Shown here one piece after another: positions 63,601 to 64,000 of a stretch of DNA of 64,000 nt; the first letter of the stretch is position 1, and each line of letters starts with the position of its first letter. This DNA comes from a virus (lineage: Duplodnaviria; Caudoviricetes): positions 1 through 64,000 of the IMG/VR virus record IMGVR_UViG_3300011008_000071. The stretch is one strand, 5' to 3'. The notes under the pieces were generated by a model. It saw only the letters and a program-made list of their open reading frames with translations, was not told where the DNA came from and did not search any database. Made by a program: the position numbers and the translations under genes.

Positions 63601-64000
63601 GAATCGATCTGTATGATATCGTGTTCGAACTGGGTTCATACATTCAGGTATTTGACATCGAATCTTTCATGAGAGGTGTAAACAACCCTGAATTCTTCAA
63701 TGATCTGGATCATGTTGATGATTCATCCCTCATAGGAGCAATCAACACATTCAAGACAGCATGGCCTGCATCGGTACAGAAAGCACGTAATGCACTATAC
63801 GTTTCAACGACATCATTATGGGCATTCTATAATCCGGATAAGTCATACAAACAGTCTGAAGTAGAGCGCATGCTCCAGTTGGTACAGAATGTACGAGATG
63901 ATATGTATGATCTTGAAACGGAAGTATACAAGTGCTGGCCAAAAGAAACGGACTATGAGCCAAACATCGTTTCCAAGATGATATTCGCCAAGGAATCGAT
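60672..64000 (+). CDS. Very large putative virion structural protein, 5' part (>1100 aa; runs off the window and is absent from the ORF track)
   Basis: AGGAG RBS, starts MRNNMYEGRWSPFDP; the frame is open where I checked it (start, ~61.8 kb, end). Confidence 0.75.
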   Translation, partial: MRNNMYEGRWSPFDPIWYQQAFDKFISTADELFNQDEIIAAGYELPESDGSKSSVFHHDAVTNNSFDEIQLRETLKDIYLNSHNRLMAANHDNVHFFQYQCTMKDVKLIPNTRFCELTIPTESLITSRDKYKFQQFYRKWIPITDLLNSWDVFKFSVLLFINQKIYSEYELRMDDQETVIRFKYYDHWIDNDYTIYIYKFDTNAQCRVKVSKELILNQWNWKMPISYLPDKRILNSNKLICAFNKISDMNIRTDGITKAEVMGDNLEFLTIEDGYIDLSKCSEFNKHLMVTDNQQWIWMTIICPKFMHEFPILNPTDVIYRPYVPRYKQIKVKDNGIWKNVRTDVNSERKNVYINMYDPPANLSFYINEDDELVIEYNGNDDLEVGTDIFIDENGYVILNSNASGVDIELSKYYFKEDGNGELNVYYSWNDGWNYIIRPIVLSDAYDVQDMDVYDLINADMEQLRQLTIEAADMVETFRSFITYEYTSDDDFFTKFNALIAKFDEIHTYLNEYMTKKRMSYITEYEAVWEEFHEIAEEIISTPGTVVTRNNPEDELKTVNAYYAITRFHRQHSKYKDFWAFISPLIYIPREFADRYEISIITSRIGNVTLWEDPKKATTKLRFKRPVDTSDFWTFEYDQDDQVWRPYMLNIDHRFPDVYLLTDPNEETPTPNRVFKSFIFYSDTMNVREPSSDIVRASASWDDDMNEFEYDKAGSYRNIFMEKFYWMAVKTIYRGIMMTNYRWECIEYIQDNASYERFNALFLNTMEPYIKMGESTYLKSDDYGFLVDNRISKMNEYLKASFLGYNQTTGFEMYLNKTWKPSYYDFIVNVDDNFQGDMRLVRRPRSTFDTRRVIKTLQETQFYISGAIKVLNKNIEEIISDIKYSGLNFQIELLEELFDLTSKLQSNMDKCIEFVNNLDLDIYSIEDVNTIIRYIERHYELIEIIKDKFSGIKDLLGDPSLFDAKLTILEAISAVIRIDLYDIVFELGSYIQVFDIESFMRGVNNPEFFNDLDHVDDSSLIGAINTFKTAWPASVQKARNALYVSTTSLWAFYNPDKSYKQSEVERMLQLVQNVRDDMYDLETEVYKCWPKETDYEPNIVSKMIFAKES

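Noticed and set aside
1-64000. Alternative genetic code (stop-codon reassignment)
   Set aside because: Long ORFs are intact in the standard code. The breaks in core genes are explained by introns and one homopolymer frameshift.

Overview
This window is a 64-kb segment of a jumbo phage of the phiKZ/AR9-like supergroup. The host is probably Gram-positive (Firmicutes), inferred from the strong AGGAGG ribosome-binding sites, an LL-H-type holin, an M23 peptidase and CD1375-type small genes. Core genes: a ~1470-aa virion-type RNA polymerase beta subunit, a probable sigma-like non-virion RNAP subunit, a family-B DNA polymerase split into two genes 28 kb apart, a GyrB-type topoisomerase subunit, a primase, a PhuZ/TubZ-like tubulin, a 3518-aa lytic tail/tape-measure protein and tRNA-Leu(UAA). 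Six group I introns interrupt core genes. For five of them both splice junctions can be read from the sequence, and three carry HNH endonucleases. The two most unusual systems are: (1) a diversity-generating retroelement (RT, TR and a tail-fibre target) with a second variable repeat that has no start codon, lies 12.5 kb away in inverted orientation and differs from the TR only at adenines; and (2) an array of covarying structured non-coding RNAs, one with a tRNA-Asn-like anticodon loop, directly upstream of a DUF2828/TROVE-like vWA gene and a tRNA. Other points of interest are an endonuclease-methyltransferase fusion broken at a G6 run, a 74-bp intron core shared by two introns, a CATG-rich palindromic locus, a recurrent TATATATTAT promoter motif and about 20 strong intergenic hairpins. 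All family assignments come from motif recognition, not database searches.
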